Shown here piece by piece: positions 33,919 through 43,487 of a stretch of 64,000 bases of DNA (within the stretch, counting starts at the first letter, position 1; every line of letters starts with the position of its first letter). The notes under the pieces were generated by a model, which did not search any database, was not told the origin of the DNA, and was given only the letters and a program-made list of their open reading frames with translations. Location of the stretch: positions 62,001 to 126,000 of the IMG/VR virus record IMGVR_UViG_3300021057_000274; one strand, written 5' to 3'. The position numbers and the translations under genes were made by a program.

Positions 33919-34368
33919 ATGGCTAGAGAGCAAGTTGAAAATCCCGTAACCTGTGCGCTCGCGGTGATCGTTCCCGGGCGCCGGGTTCTCCTCGCTCACC
34001 CGACAGGCGCCAACTACGTCAACGGCTGGACCCTTCCGAAGGGAATCAAGGAGCCGAGCGAGACCGAAGCTGAGGCCGCCGCTCGAGAGTGCTTCGAAGA
34101 AACTGGTCTAGACTTAAGAGAGCGTGCAGGCAAGCTGCGAGATCACGGTCGCTTCAAGTACCAGCCCCACAAGGACTATCATCTCTTTTCGGTTCACCTC
34201 GCTGACGAGGTCCCTCTCGCGCGCTTGAAGTGTGAGTCGATGTTCATCTCGAACATGATCTTCTACCCCGAGGTAGATGCCTTCACCTACATTCGCCTCG
34301 ATCAAGCTCACATGCTCTTGTCGAGGAGACAGGGAAAGATCTGGGAAGCGGTTTGGAACCAGCTCTAG
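33919..34368 (+). CDS. NUDIX hydrolase
   Basis: PKG..E..E....AARECFEETG Nudix box. Confidence 0.92.
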   Translation: MAREQVENPVTCALAVIVPGRRVLLAHPTGANYVNGWTLPKGIKEPSETEAEAAARECFEETGLDLRERAGKLRDHGRFKYQPHKDYHLFSVHLADEVPLARLKCESMFISNMIFYPEVDAFTYIRLDQAHMLLSRRQGKIWEAVWNQL

Positions 34369-34403
34369 GTATACAAGTACACCTTCTCATGTTACAATGC
34401 ACT

Positions 34404-34668
34404 AGCTTCGGTCTCGATCCGTCGCGCCCGCAAGGGTGAGGAAAGTCGGGACTGCACAGAGTGGGTGTCCAAGCTCTAGGGCAGGCGAAAGCCGTAAACC
34501 GGCCTCACGGTCGGCAACCGTAACTTGGCCCGCAGCAACCTAAACAGGAGATGATGACTCTACTCGACGAGTCTCCGGGTTGGGGCACGATCGCGAGAGC
34601 GTCGGGCGGCCGTAACCGCCAGTCGAATGACGGAATAAAACAGAATCCCGCTTACGGGGACCGAAGCT
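34404..34668 (+). ncRNA. rnpB: RNase P RNA, compact (reduced S domain)
   Basis: P1 agcttcggtctc/gggaccgaagct; GAGGAAAGTC and ACAGAATCCCGCTTA form P4. Confidence 0.9.
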
Positions 34669-34684
34669 GTTTTGTGGGGGAACG

Positions 34685-35773
34685 ATGACCGAAGAAAAAG
34701 TTAGCATCAAGATCTTAGGGGCTGGACGAGTTGGAATCGCAGTCTCGCTGATGCTCGAGGAGCTTAACGCGCGGCGAGATCTAGGATGGCGGATCTCACT
34801 CGTTGACAACAACCCCGACTTAGGTCTCGTGCGTGATCTAAGAGACGTCAAAGTCATCACTGACGAGATCAAGAGCGCAACAACCGTCATCTGTTGTCTC
34901 CCGGTGTCAGTGATGAGGGCGGTGAAGCCTGGCATGATCTGTGCGAACCACGGAGTCAATTACATCGACATCACCGAGGATGTCGATCTGAGCTTGATGC
35001 ATCGGACGTACGGCGCGGTCGCCGAGAGCAACGGCTCCGTTCTCATGCCCCAGTGCGGATTAGCGCCAGGGATCATCAACATCGCGGCTGGCTCGATCTA
35101 TCGTCGCTTCGCCGACGGTGAGGAAAACGGGTGTCTTGACCTCTTTCTCAGGGTAGGTGCCCTGCCTCTCTTTCCGACCAATTCGCTCAAGTACGGGCTC
35201 ACTTGGAGCTTGGAGGGACTGATCAACGAGTACATCAATCCCTGTGACGCGATCGAGGGGTGGAAGCGAGTACGCGTTCCAGCGCTCGAGGATCTAGAAG
35301 AGCTGATGATCGCTGGAGTTCACCTCGAGGCGTTCTCAACCTCAGGTGGACTGGGATCACTCGCCCAATCTCTGAAGGGTAAGGTTCGCAACCTCAATTA
35401 CAAGTCGGTCAGGTATCCCGGTCATCACCACTTGATCAAGTTCATGCTCCAAGAGCTCGCTCTATCTAGAAAGAAGATCGAGGGCCTGCTGAGGAACACC
35501 CTCCCTCAGGTGAGCGATGACGTCGTTTACATCTCCGTCATCGGGAAGGGCGTCGTCAACGGCCAAGCTAAGCACGAGGTGTGGAGCACCGCCGTGACTG
35601 GAAAGCGGGGGTTGACGGCTCTCCAGTTGACCACGGCGCTCGGCGCCTCGGCGATGGTCGAAAACATTCACGTTAACGGCTTCTCTAGGAAGGGGTTGGT
35701 TCTCCAAGAGGACCTTGACTTGACCGCTGTCATCTTCGGATCAGACATCAACAACCAATGGAACGTCTTTTAA
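34685..35773 (+). CDS. saccharopine dehydrogenase-family oxidoreductase
   Basis: LGAGRVG Rossmann motif, NYIDITE, QCGLAPG, YKSVRYPGH. Confidence 0.88.
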   Translation: MTEEKVSIKILGAGRVGIAVSLMLEELNARRDLGWRISLVDNNPDLGLVRDLRDVKVITDEIKSATTVICCLPVSVMRAVKPGMICANHGVNYIDITEDVDLSLMHRTYGAVAESNGSVLMPQCGLAPGIINIAAGSIYRRFADGEENGCLDLFLRVGALPLFPTNSLKYGLTWSLEGLINEYINPCDAIEGWKRVRVPALEDLEELMIAGVHLEAFSTSGGLGSLAQSLKGKVRNLNYKSVRYPGHHHLIKFMLQELALSRKKIEGLLRNTLPQVSDDVVYISVIGKGVVNGQAKHEVWSTAVTGKRGLTALQLTTALGASAMVENIHVNGFSRKGLVLQEDLDLTAVIFGSDINNQWNVF

Positions 35774-36168
35774 CTCGTGAAGAGTTCAAGGTGCTCGTCT
35801 TCAAGCGAGACAAGCACACCTGCGTCGTGCCTAAGTGCGGGCGTCCTGCGGTTGACGCTCACCACATCCTCGACCGCAAGCTCTTTAAGGACGGCGGATA
35901 CTACCTTGCTAACGGAGCCTCGCTCTGTGGAGCGTGCCACTGGGACGCTGAGACGGGAGTGATCACTGTCGAGCAAGTTCGTGAGTACTCGAAGATCGAG
36001 ATCGTCATCCTTCCGCCCGGCTTCAATCCTAGATTCACCTACGATAAGTGGGGCAACAGCTACCACGCGGTCGACCACGGCACGAAAGCCATGAAGGGGC
36101 CGCTCTTTCATGACGCTGGAGTTCAAAAGATCTTGAAGCAAACGGGACGAATTCGGTACTTCTTTTAG
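35758..36168 (+). CDS. HNH endonuclease-like protein
   Basis: RDKHTC..C....AHHI....LC..CH. Confidence 0.75.
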   Translation: MERLLTREEFKVLVFKRDKHTCVVPKCGRPAVDAHHILDRKLFKDGGYYLANGASLCGACHWDAETGVITVEQVREYSKIEIVILPPGFNPRFTYDKWGNSYHAVDHGTKAMKGPLFHDAGVQKILKQTGRIRYFF

Positions 36169-36233
36169 TGTACATCGCTAAATTTACATGATATGATCGG
36201 CACCGTGAGTCAACAACGTCAGAGGGAGATCTC

Positions 36234-36887
36234 ATGAGCTTCGCGACAGCTGCAAACGTTTTCGCTCAAAACCGCGTCTTACGCAACACGTTCTTTCTGC
36301 TCGCTCTCAGCTTCATCACCACGATCGCTGGGACGATCGGCGGCATCATGGCAGGGTTGCCAGCCTGGGGTAGCGAGAACCCCGTCACCTTCGCGGTGAT
36401 CAGCCTGGTCGGCGCCATCGGCTTGATCTTCCTGACCCACGCGTTTCGAGACGACGCGTTGGGAGTTCCTCTCTTCCTCGCCTTCTCTCTCTTTGAGGGT
36501 GGCGCGATCTGCGGGTTGATCAATCAGGTCTGGACCAACCCAGGCGGCCCGATGATCATCGCGAACGCGTTCGCTGGCACCGCGCTCGTCACCGTCGGCT
36601 GTTCGATCTACGCGATGGTCACCAAGCGCGACTTCAGCGTCTTCGGCGGCTTTCTCTTCGGAAGCTTGTTAGCGCTTCTCGGCCTGATGGTCCTCGCGCT
36701 AGTCTTTGGCTTCTATGGCACGTGGATCTCTTACCTCGCGATTCCGCTCTTCTCGTTCTACCTGATCTGGGACGTGCAACGAGTCGTCGACGGTGGCGAA
36801 GACAACTACATCTCAGCCGCGATCGGCATCTACCTAGACGTCCTGAACATCTTCTTGCACATGCTCAACATCGGCAAGGATGATTGA
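36234..36887 (+). CDS. Bax inhibitor-1/YccA family membrane protein
   Basis: 7 TM, NYISAAIGIYLDVLNIF. Confidence 0.9.
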   Translation: MSFATAANVFAQNRVLRNTFFLLALSFITTIAGTIGGIMAGLPAWGSENPVTFAVISLVGAIGLIFLTHAFRDDALGVPLFLAFSLFEGGAICGLINQVWTNPGGPMIIANAFAGTALVTVGCSIYAMVTKRDFSVFGGFLFGSLLALLGLMVLALVFGFYGTWISYLAIPLFSFYLIWDVQRVVDGGEDNYISAAIGIYLDVLNIFLHMLNIGKDD

Positions 36888-37022
36888 CACCTCTCCTAAG
36901 ATCGGTGAGCTCGCCTTCGGTTGCTTTTCAATCGGAGTCGGGCTCGGCTTCGGCACGCCGTTGGGGTGGTGGCGATTCCGATCGCGATCGGGCTCTTTTT
37001 CATCCTTCCTGCGAGGTAACCA

Positions 37023-37526
37023 ATAGACAAGAGACACCGCATCAATCGAGAGATCACCGCACCGCAAGTTAGAGTCGTCTCCGCCTCTGGCGACCAGATG
37101 GGCGTCATGACGGTCTTCGAAGCTCTCACTCTAGCTGAAGAGAAAAATCTTGACCTAGTCGAGTTCGCCCCCACCGCGGTGCCGCCCGTTTGCAAGATGA
37201 TCGACTACGGGAAGTTCCTTTACCAGCTCCAAAAGAGCACCCAACGTCAGAAGACGCCTGAGCTGAAGGAGATTCAGCTACGTCCGTCGGTCGACGAGGG
37301 AGATTACAAGATCAAGGTGCGAAAGATCATCGAGTTTCTCACTGACGGTCACAAGGTAAAGGTCGCTCTCAGGTTCAAGGGGCGCGAGATCACTCATCGA
37401 GAGATCGGCGACGCTTTGCTCACGCGGCTTCAAGATGACACCAAGGCCCACGGCAACGTCGAGAGCTATCCCAAGCTCGAGGGCAAGCAGATGATCATGG
37501 TCCTCTCACCCCAGAAAAAACACTGA
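37023..37526 (+). CDS. infC: translation initiation factor IF-3, non-canonical ATA start
   Basis: INREI..VRV, DLVE..P..PPVCK..DYGKF, KVKV..RFKGRE; GAGGT RBS before ATA. Confidence 0.92.
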   Translation: MDKRHRINREITAPQVRVVSASGDQMGVMTVFEALTLAEEKNLDLVEFAPTAVPPVCKMIDYGKFLYQLQKSTQRQKTPELKEIQLRPSVDEGDYKIKVRKIIEFLTDGHKVKVALRFKGREITHREIGDALLTRLQDDTKAHGNVESYPKLEGKQMIMVLSPQKKH

Positions 37527-37714
37527 TGTACTGGCTCGTCACGTACGAGCACCAGGGACAGCTCGGGGAGGAAGTGTGGAGAGGGTCTCTAGGAAAGTGG
37601 CGTCTTGATGCTCTCAGACTCGAGGAACGTGCGCAGTCAGGGCCGTACTTCCTCGTGAACGCCGTCACGATCTCCGAGGATGAGTATTACCAGCTGGAGC
37701 ACAAGATCGGATAA
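37526..37714 (+). CDS. small hypothetical protein
   Basis: TGATG coupling. Confidence 0.6.
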   Translation: MYWLVTYEHQGQLGEEVWRGSLGKWRLDALRLEERAQSGPYFLVNAVTISEDEYYQLEHKIG

Positions 37715-37742
37715 ATAGCAGTCTACCTCTACGGAGACTGCT

Positions 37743-38630
37743 ATGACCGGGCTTTCGGACTACTTCTCGTCGTTCACGATGACGCCTGACTACAAGGCGC
37801 CGTCGCTCTCGTTCTCAAAGGTCTGGGATCAGGCCGACACCTACTACTTCACGTATCCGACCGCTGGCGTTTGGGCCGCGGACGTGATCACGTTCACCGC
37901 TAAAAACCACAACCTGATTTCAACCGACTCGGTCATCGTCGAGAGCAACGTCGACGCGTGGAACATCGGTGCCGTCACCGCAACTGTCACGAACGCGAAC
38001 ACCTTCACCGTCCCCCGCGTCGGTGATCCGGTGATCGCCTTCCCAAACCGCGCGTCGGTGACTCCGAACGGGTCGGTCAGTCCAACCCCGCCGTGGACGC
38101 GACAGACTGGACCCACCGGTGGCACCGCGAACGGCACGCTGACGAAGGTAGTTGCGAATCGCGCGAGCGCGATCGCTGAAACATGGACGCTAACCTCTAC
38201 CAACGCCACTACGTTCACCGTGGTTGGCTCGCTGTCGGGCTCAAAGGCAAACGCCACCGTCGGTGTCGACTATGACAATGGGATCATCGCCTTCCTCTTG
38301 ACCGCTGGAACGACCGCGTTCCACACAGGTGGAGCTACGGTCTTCACGATCACCGTGATGGGCGGCAATCTGCTCTGGACTAGGGTGTCTTGCAAGAAGT
38401 ACTCGCGCTTGATGTTCAAGCCGACGGCCATCCAGATCGCCGCTGCTACTGGCGGCGGAACGTTGAAGGTGATGGGAAAGTTGCATCCTGACGCGGGGTG
38501 GCACGAGATCGTTGCGGCCTCTGGGGCGGCAGCGCTTCACACCTATCCGACATTTCAGTACAACCTGGTGCGACTTGAGCGAGTAGGCGGAAGCGATTCC
38601 GACATGCCGATCTGCTACACCCAGAGCTAA
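37743..38630 (+). CDS. putative structural protein
   Basis: TAAATA 37712; Thr/Gly-rich beta composition. Confidence 0.7.
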   Translation: MTGLSDYFSSFTMTPDYKAPSLSFSKVWDQADTYYFTYPTAGVWAADVITFTAKNHNLISTDSVIVESNVDAWNIGAVTATVTNANTFTVPRVGDPVIAFPNRASVTPNGSVSPTPPWTRQTGPTGGTANGTLTKVVANRASAIAETWTLTSTNATTFTVVGSLSGSKANATVGVDYDNGIIAFLLTAGTTAFHTGGATVFTITVMGGNLLWTRVSCKKYSRLMFKPTAIQIAAATGGGTLKVMGKLHPDAGWHEIVAASGAAALHTYPTFQYNLVRLERVGGSDSDMPICYTQS

Positions 38631-38631
38631 G

Positions 38632-38808
38632 ATGCGCGCGGTTGTGTTCGTAGGGCTCTGGCTGCTCGGATTCATCACCGTCGTCACGGCCATCGAACCT
38701 CCGCCGCCGCCCTTCGAAATGTGTGTCGGAAAGCACGTCTATCTCGTGAAAAACAACGAGATGACAAGATCCGCAAAGGCTTGCACCGGCAAGACGTGGT
38801 TTACTTAA
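38632..38808 (+). CDS. small protein with N-terminal TM
   Basis: 58 aa, hydrophobic N-terminus. Confidence 0.5.
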   Translation: MRAVVFVGLWLLGFITVVTAIEPPPPPFEMCVGKHVYLVKNNEMTRSAKACTGKTWFT

Positions 38809-38834
38809 GAGATTGGCGGTGATACAATCTCCGG

Positions 38835-39236
38835 GTGAGGCGCGATTGGGAATTCGATCCGAGTGAGCTTCCAGCTGACCTAGCTCTCCCAGAGGGGGCA
38901 TCCTGGAAGCCTGAGGTCTTCAAGCGAAAGGTCAGCCGACGCACGATCGTTCCGAAGATCTCGTGCTACGAGCTCAACGGGGTGCGTCTCAAGGATCTCC
39001 ACGCCTTCTTATCGAAGCTCATCCGTGACAACAATCCCAAGGCGGATTCTCCTCTCTTCATCGACGACGTCATCATGGGTCACGACTCCGACTATGATGA
39101 GTCTTGGCTGACGATCTGCGTCGACACCCCCGAGACCGACGAGGAGTACTTGACTCGACTCCGTCAGCATCGAAAGCGGCTGATCAGCTCGCTCAAGGGG
39201 CGTCAAGCTGCCGCGGCCAAGCGAGCTCAAAGGTGA
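38835..39236 (+). CDS. hypothetical protein
   Basis: Early promoter upstream. Confidence 0.7.
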   Translation: MRRDWEFDPSELPADLALPEGASWKPEVFKRKVSRRTIVPKISCYELNGVRLKDLHAFLSKLIRDNNPKADSPLFIDDVIMGHDSDYDESWLTICVDTPETDEEYLTRLRQHRKRLISSLKGRQAAAAKRAQR

Positions 39237-39991
39237 GCTTCATCCCGAAGGTCCACGCCTCTCTCGCTCGCGGCGCGACACGCACGGTGCTTCGTGAGGG
39301 GCGGAGGGACATGGAGGAGCGGATCAGCAAGATCCCTGAGTGGGTGCCTGTCCGCGACGAGCGAACCGCTCGCCGAAGCTATCCGGTGCTCCGACGGTTC
39401 TTCGACAAGACAACGATCATCGGGAGGGTCGAGTACGCCAAGAAGCACTCCTCGATCAAGATCGTCTCTCTCGAGCCGCGGCGCAGAGGTGAGTTCGACG
39501 AGCTCTACGCGAGCTCGACGGTCGCAGGTAACGGGATCTTTCAAAGCAAGTGGATGAAGTTCAGAATTACTCACCACGCGATCGATCGATTTCAACAACG
39601 TCACTCCGGGGTCCTTCAAGATCTCGAGACGCTGATCGACGAGTTTGCTCCCACGGTCATCGCCGGTACTACCGTCGAGGAAGAGAAACCTCAGAACGTC
39701 TTGCTTCCAGCGGTACACGGAGCATGCATCATGAGCTTCGAGGAGGGGTCAGGCGAGCGCTACGTCTCGACCTACCTCTCAGACAATGAGCTTCGCCCCG
39801 AGCAGCTCGCGGAGCGAGAGAGACTGATGGAGAGGGTGATCAGCCTCGCGTGCGGAAGCGCGCTTCCGCTAGCTCGCCGAGGTACCTTCGCAGGACGAAA
39901 CGACACCGTCGAGTGCTACCTGCGCTCGTCGTTGCAGCCACGCGTCGCGGCGCGAGCTCTATCTCACCAGAAGGCCAAGAACAAATCTTGA
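39233..39991 (+). CDS. hypothetical protein
   Basis: GTGA coupling; start uncertain. Confidence 0.65.
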   Translation: MSFIPKVHASLARGATRTVLREGRRDMEERISKIPEWVPVRDERTARRSYPVLRRFFDKTTIIGRVEYAKKHSSIKIVSLEPRRRGEFDELYASSTVAGNGIFQSKWMKFRITHHAIDRFQQRHSGVLQDLETLIDEFAPTVIAGTTVEEEKPQNVLLPAVHGACIMSFEEGSGERYVSTYLSDNELRPEQLAERERLMERVISLACGSALPLARRGTFAGRNDTVECYLRSSLQPRVAARALSHQKAKNKS

Positions 39992-40290
39992 AGTTGATGT
40001 GCATCGACGGAATTCCGTCGAGGGGTCTCTTCAGCGGAAGCGTATACGAGCAGCTAGCCTACCACGCGTGCTGCGGGATCAGTCCCTTTCCGCTGATCAG
40101 CGTCGATCGCTCGACGGGGCGGACCTTGCCCTGCGTTTGCAAGAGATGCCAGACTAGGGCTCCAGATGCCCCCAACGGGTGGTACAACGCGCGCCGCTTC
40201 ATTCCCTTCAATCCAGACGTAGAGAAGCTGGGCGATCTCGTCGATGAGATCATCCCGGAGCCTCTAGTCGAGGAAATTCTGAGTAAATAA
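39988..40290 (+). CDS. hypothetical Cys-containing protein
   Basis: TTGA coupling. Confidence 0.55.
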   Translation: MKLMCIDGIPSRGLFSGSVYEQLAYHACCGISPFPLISVDRSTGRTLPCVCKRCQTRAPDAPNGWYNARRFIPFNPDVEKLGDLVDEIIPEPLVEEILSK

Positions 40291-40361
40291 TCGCACCCAG
40301 CTGTGGCGTGGCCTCTCTCGGCTGCTCCGATAACTAACTTAGAAAAGAGGATCTGCTTGAG

Positions 40362-40748
40362 ATGCAAGAAATTTCTGGAGGTGTCGGGCTTCACCTGCTG
40401 TTAGACCTACACGGCGTCAAGCCTGAGCTTCTGATCGACCTCGAGTCGATCAAGAAGATCTTGGTAGAAGCTTCGAGAGCTACTGGAGCTACAGTTCTGA
40501 GCTGCGAGGGAAGATCCTTCGGCGAGGGACTGGGAGTCACGGCGATGACGATTCTCTCAGAGAGCCATTGCTCGATTCACACGTGGCCAGAGCTAGGTAA
40601 GGCTATGCTCGACATGTTCACGTGCGGAGCATGCAATCCTCGACGCAGCATTCCTGTCTTTGATCGTTACTTCAAGCCAGAGTACATGAACGTCGATCTC
40701 CTTCACCGCGGCTCAACCATAGGCCTCGTTCCAAATTATGACTTCTAA
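40362..40748 (+). CDS. speD: S-adenosylmethionine decarboxylase proenzyme
   Basis: GLHLLLDL; LSESH.SIHTWPE; DMFTCG. Confidence 0.95.
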   Translation: MQEISGGVGLHLLLDLHGVKPELLIDLESIKKILVEASRATGATVLSCEGRSFGEGLGVTAMTILSESHCSIHTWPELGKAMLDMFTCGACNPRRSIPVFDRYFKPEYMNVDLLHRGSTIGLVPNYDF

Positions 40749-41106
40749 TCCTCGTCTAGCGTTCACCTCCGCCACGCTCGAGCGCATCAAACAGCTCGAA
40801 GAACGCTTGCATCAGCTTGGAGTGAGGAGCGTGAGCATGACCGTCAACTCTCTCATGGGGGCCGGCTCTTGCACCTCTGATGAGCTAGCAAACAGTTTTC
40901 TAGATCTCATCGAGGCAGGGTTAGACGGGAAGACGAAATCGATGAAGATCGAAGATACGATGAGGATCGAAGATCCACCAGAGGTCCAGCTAAATGTACC
41001 AAGGCCCATAGGTAGGTTACCATTTACCTCTCAACAGGTGTTCCAGCCTGTCATTGCACCAACGCCTACCTTAAGGGAGAACGATGAAGTTGGAAAAAGG
41101 TTTTAA
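40738..41106 (+). CDS. hypothetical protein
   Basis: Coupled ORF. Confidence 0.65.
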   Translation: MTSNPRLAFTSATLERIKQLEERLHQLGVRSVSMTVNSLMGAGSCTSDELANSFLDLIEAGLDGKTKSMKIEDTMRIEDPPEVQLNVPRPIGRLPFTSQQVFQPVIAPTPTLRENDEVGKRF

Positions 41107-41317
41107 GTGCCCGGGCGCGCTGAAGACGATGATCATCACGATGAACATGAGCCCCGCGGCCAAGAAGACGATGATGCTCGCCGAGCAGACGCGCGCCAAC
41201 AAGCACCGCGAGATGCTCAAGCGCAAGTGGGTTGACGTCGTGAGCGACTCAACGACGCCGAAGCAGCGCCGCAGCACGACGAACGTCGCAAACGTCGTGA
41301 TCGGTGATCCCGAGTGA
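41084..41317 (+). CDS. small basic hypothetical protein
   Basis: ORF; start uncertain. Confidence 0.5.
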   Translation: MKLEKGFKCPGALKTMIITMNMSPAAKKTMMLAEQTRANKHREMLKRKWVDVVSDSTTPKQRRSTTNVANVVIGDPE

Positions 41318-41523
41318 AGAGGTCCCCAAAGCCTGGCGACATCCAGGTCGGTGACACCGTCAAGTGGAACTTCGGCAGAGTCGAGGTGATCGACGAGGCG
41401 ACCGACCTCGCCGCGATCGGGCCTGGGCGGTGGTTCATGATCAACGAGGACGGTGGAGTTTGGGTGAGTGAGGAAGCTGTTCTACGACGGTATGCTTCTG
41501 CTCACCGCAAGAAGAACTGGTGA
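41314..41523 (+). CDS. small hypothetical protein
   Basis: GTGA coupling. Confidence 0.6.
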   Translation: MKRSPKPGDIQVGDTVKWNFGRVEVIDEATDLAAIGPGRWFMINEDGGVWVSEEAVLRRYASAHRKKNW

Positions 41524-42014
41524 TGGGAGCTCGAACCTTTTCAACTAGCCCCAGAATTTACTCGGACATGGACGGGGTCGTCGCTGACTATGAGAGGTCG
41601 GCGGATGAGAAGGGCTTGAGCTATCGCGAGGCTCGCTTCGTGCCTGGCTTTTACCTTGAGCTTCCAGTGATGCTTGGCGCTCAAGACGCGATCACAGCTC
41701 TTGACCAGGCGGGGTTTGAGATCTTCTTTCTCACGAAGCCGCCCTCGAAGAATCCCTACGCAGCCTCGGAAAAGCTCATGTGGATGATGCGGCACTTTCC
41801 CAAGTACTACGACCGCGTCATCATCACCCCTGACAAGGGATGCGTCGGTTACTCGACCGACTTCCTGGTCGATGATCATCCAGAGTGGGCGAACGCTCAC
41901 ACGTTTCGCGGGAAGGTGATTCACTTCGGCCAGCAACCCCACGAGAACTGGGACGCGATCGTCACCTGGTTTCTCGAGATGAACTACATCGAGCAACTCG
42001 TAAAAGCGCTGTGA
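41520..42014 (+). CDS. HAD-family 5'(3')-deoxyribonucleotidase
   Basis: DMDGVVADY, K..W...HFP, LVDD. Confidence 0.88.
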   Translation: MMGARTFSTSPRIYSDMDGVVADYERSADEKGLSYREARFVPGFYLELPVMLGAQDAITALDQAGFEIFFLTKPPSKNPYAASEKLMWMMRHFPKYYDRVIITPDKGCVGYSTDFLVDDHPEWANAHTFRGKVIHFGQQPHENWDAIVTWFLEMNYIEQLVKAL

Positions 42015-42226
42015 AGTTCATCGTTTGGCTCTTGATCTCGTTTCCGCTAGCTAACCCTAACGCGATTGACTATGTCGGTTATGCTGATGAGACAAGTTGC
42101 AAGATCTGGGCCGCGATCACTAACATGATCAAAAATCCACGGTATTACTCGTACTGCCAGCCACTTACGGTTCACGAGACACCTATCAAGGATATCGAAG
42201 ATATCTTAAAGGATGATCTGAAGTAG
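42011..42226 (+). CDS. small hypothetical protein
   Basis: GTGA coupling. Confidence 0.5.
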   Translation: MKFIVWLLISFPLANPNAIDYVGYADETSCKIWAAITNMIKNPRYYSYCQPLTVHETPIKDIEDILKDDLK

Positions 42227-42229
42227 GCG

Positions 42230-42260
42230 TGAAAAAGGCCGCATAATGCGGCCTTTTTCA
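42230..42260. terminator. bidirectional terminator between convergent units
   Basis: tgaaaaaggccgc-ataat-gcggcctttttca. Confidence 0.85.
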
Positions 42261-42276
42261 ATCTGCACCTCAACTA

Positions 42277-42861
42277 TCAGTCGAGGAAGTCCTTGATCGC
42301 CTGAAGGATCGCGCCCTTAGCAGCGGTCGCTTCGGCCGTGTTGGTCAGCTTACGCACGTCACGCCCATTGATCGTCAGGACGTCAATGACGCCGTGCTCA
42401 CCGTCGACCGAGGTCGCGATCGCGTGGGTCTTGCCTGCCGCGGTCAGAGCTGCAAGCAAGCCGCCGCCCGTGCCCGTCGTTCCGTCCGAGATCGAGATCG
42501 TCGAGTCCAAACCTGTGGTCTTGGCCACGGTGCCGCTAGTGATCTTGAGGTCGCCGCTGACGACCGCGCAGGTCGTGCCGCCGACAGCTGCATTCAAATC
42601 AGTTTGGAGCTCGGACGCGAGAGCGGTGAACGTCTGAACATCGGATCCAGTCACCGTGCAGACAGTATCGGCAGCTCCGTCGATCGATACCTTGAGCGTG
42701 TAAGTGGTCGCGTCGTTCGCGAGACCCGTCGCACCGCCGCCGGTGATGTTCGGGGTGAAGTTGATCGTTTGGTGACCGCTTGCGTTAGCAGCGCCGCCGT
42801 CAGAGGCAACGTTGAAGAGACGTGCGCTGATCAGAACTTCTTGCGTCTTAGTCTTAGCCAT
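42277..42861 (-). CDS. putative structural protein
   Basis: TAAATA 42924-42919; Thr/Gly-rich. Confidence 0.75.
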   Translation of the reverse strand: MAKTKTQEVLISARLFNVASDGGAANASGHQTINFTPNITGGGATGLANDATTYTLKVSIDGAADTVCTVTGSDVQTFTALASELQTDLNAAVGGTTCAVVSGDLKITSGTVAKTTGLDSTISISDGTTGTGGGLLAALTAAGKTHAIATSVDGEHGVIDVLTINGRDVRKLTNTAEATAAKGAILQAIKDFLD

Positions 42862-42971
42862 TCAAATTCTCCTGGGGTAAAGGTAAACTCCTCTGCTCAG
42901 CGCAGAAGTTTGTCGGTCTATTTATGAGGAAGCTATCCTGCTTCACTCAAGACCTGATATAATGAACTATT

Positions 42972-43487
42972 ATGAACATTAGAATCGAAGACGACGGCGT
43001 CACTCACGTCAACGTTTACTCTCGAGGTCGAACCGAGCTCGGGAGGCTTCTCAGTAACTTTTCTAACCTTCCGTTCATCTTCGAGGAGCAGATCTACGCT
43101 AGCGTCGAGGCGTGGTGGTACGTCAACAGCCTCGTGCTCTGGGGTTGCGTCTTTGACGAGGAGACGCGAGAGGCCGTCAGCTCTCTCAAGTTTATGCACG
43201 GAGCCTCGGCAAAGACCCTAGGCAGAGGATTGCACTCCCTCTTGCTAGGAACAGAGCGTACACAGCCTCCCTCTCGCGAGGTTCTCAAGGCGGTATACCA
43301 CGCCAAGATCGACGCTTATCCGCGACTGAAGAGTGACCTTCTGGGATGCAAGCTTCCGTTTGACCACTACTATGTCATGAGTGAGAGAATCGTCCACACC
43401 CCGAAGCATCGGTGGACGGGACAGCTGTGGAACGAGGTGCGAGCAGACCTGCTCGCTGAGAGCGGGATCTTTACTTCTTCCGCTTAA
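42972..43487 (+). CDS. NADAR-like protein
   Basis: LSNFS..PF....YASVEAWW resembles NADAR motif; own TATAAT promoter. Confidence 0.55.
   Translation: MNIRIEDDGVTHVNVYSRGRTELGRLLSNFSNLPFIFEEQIYASVEAWWYVNSLVLWGCVFDEETREAVSSLKFMHGASAKTLGRGLHSLLLGTERTQPPSREVLKAVYHAKIDAYPRLKSDLLGCKLPFDHYYVMSERIVHTPKHRWTGQLWNEVRADLLAESGIFTSSA

Noticed and set aside
36880-37026. Small membrane ORF before infC
   Set aside because: Needs an apparent frameshift near 36955 to be coherent; not listed as a feature.
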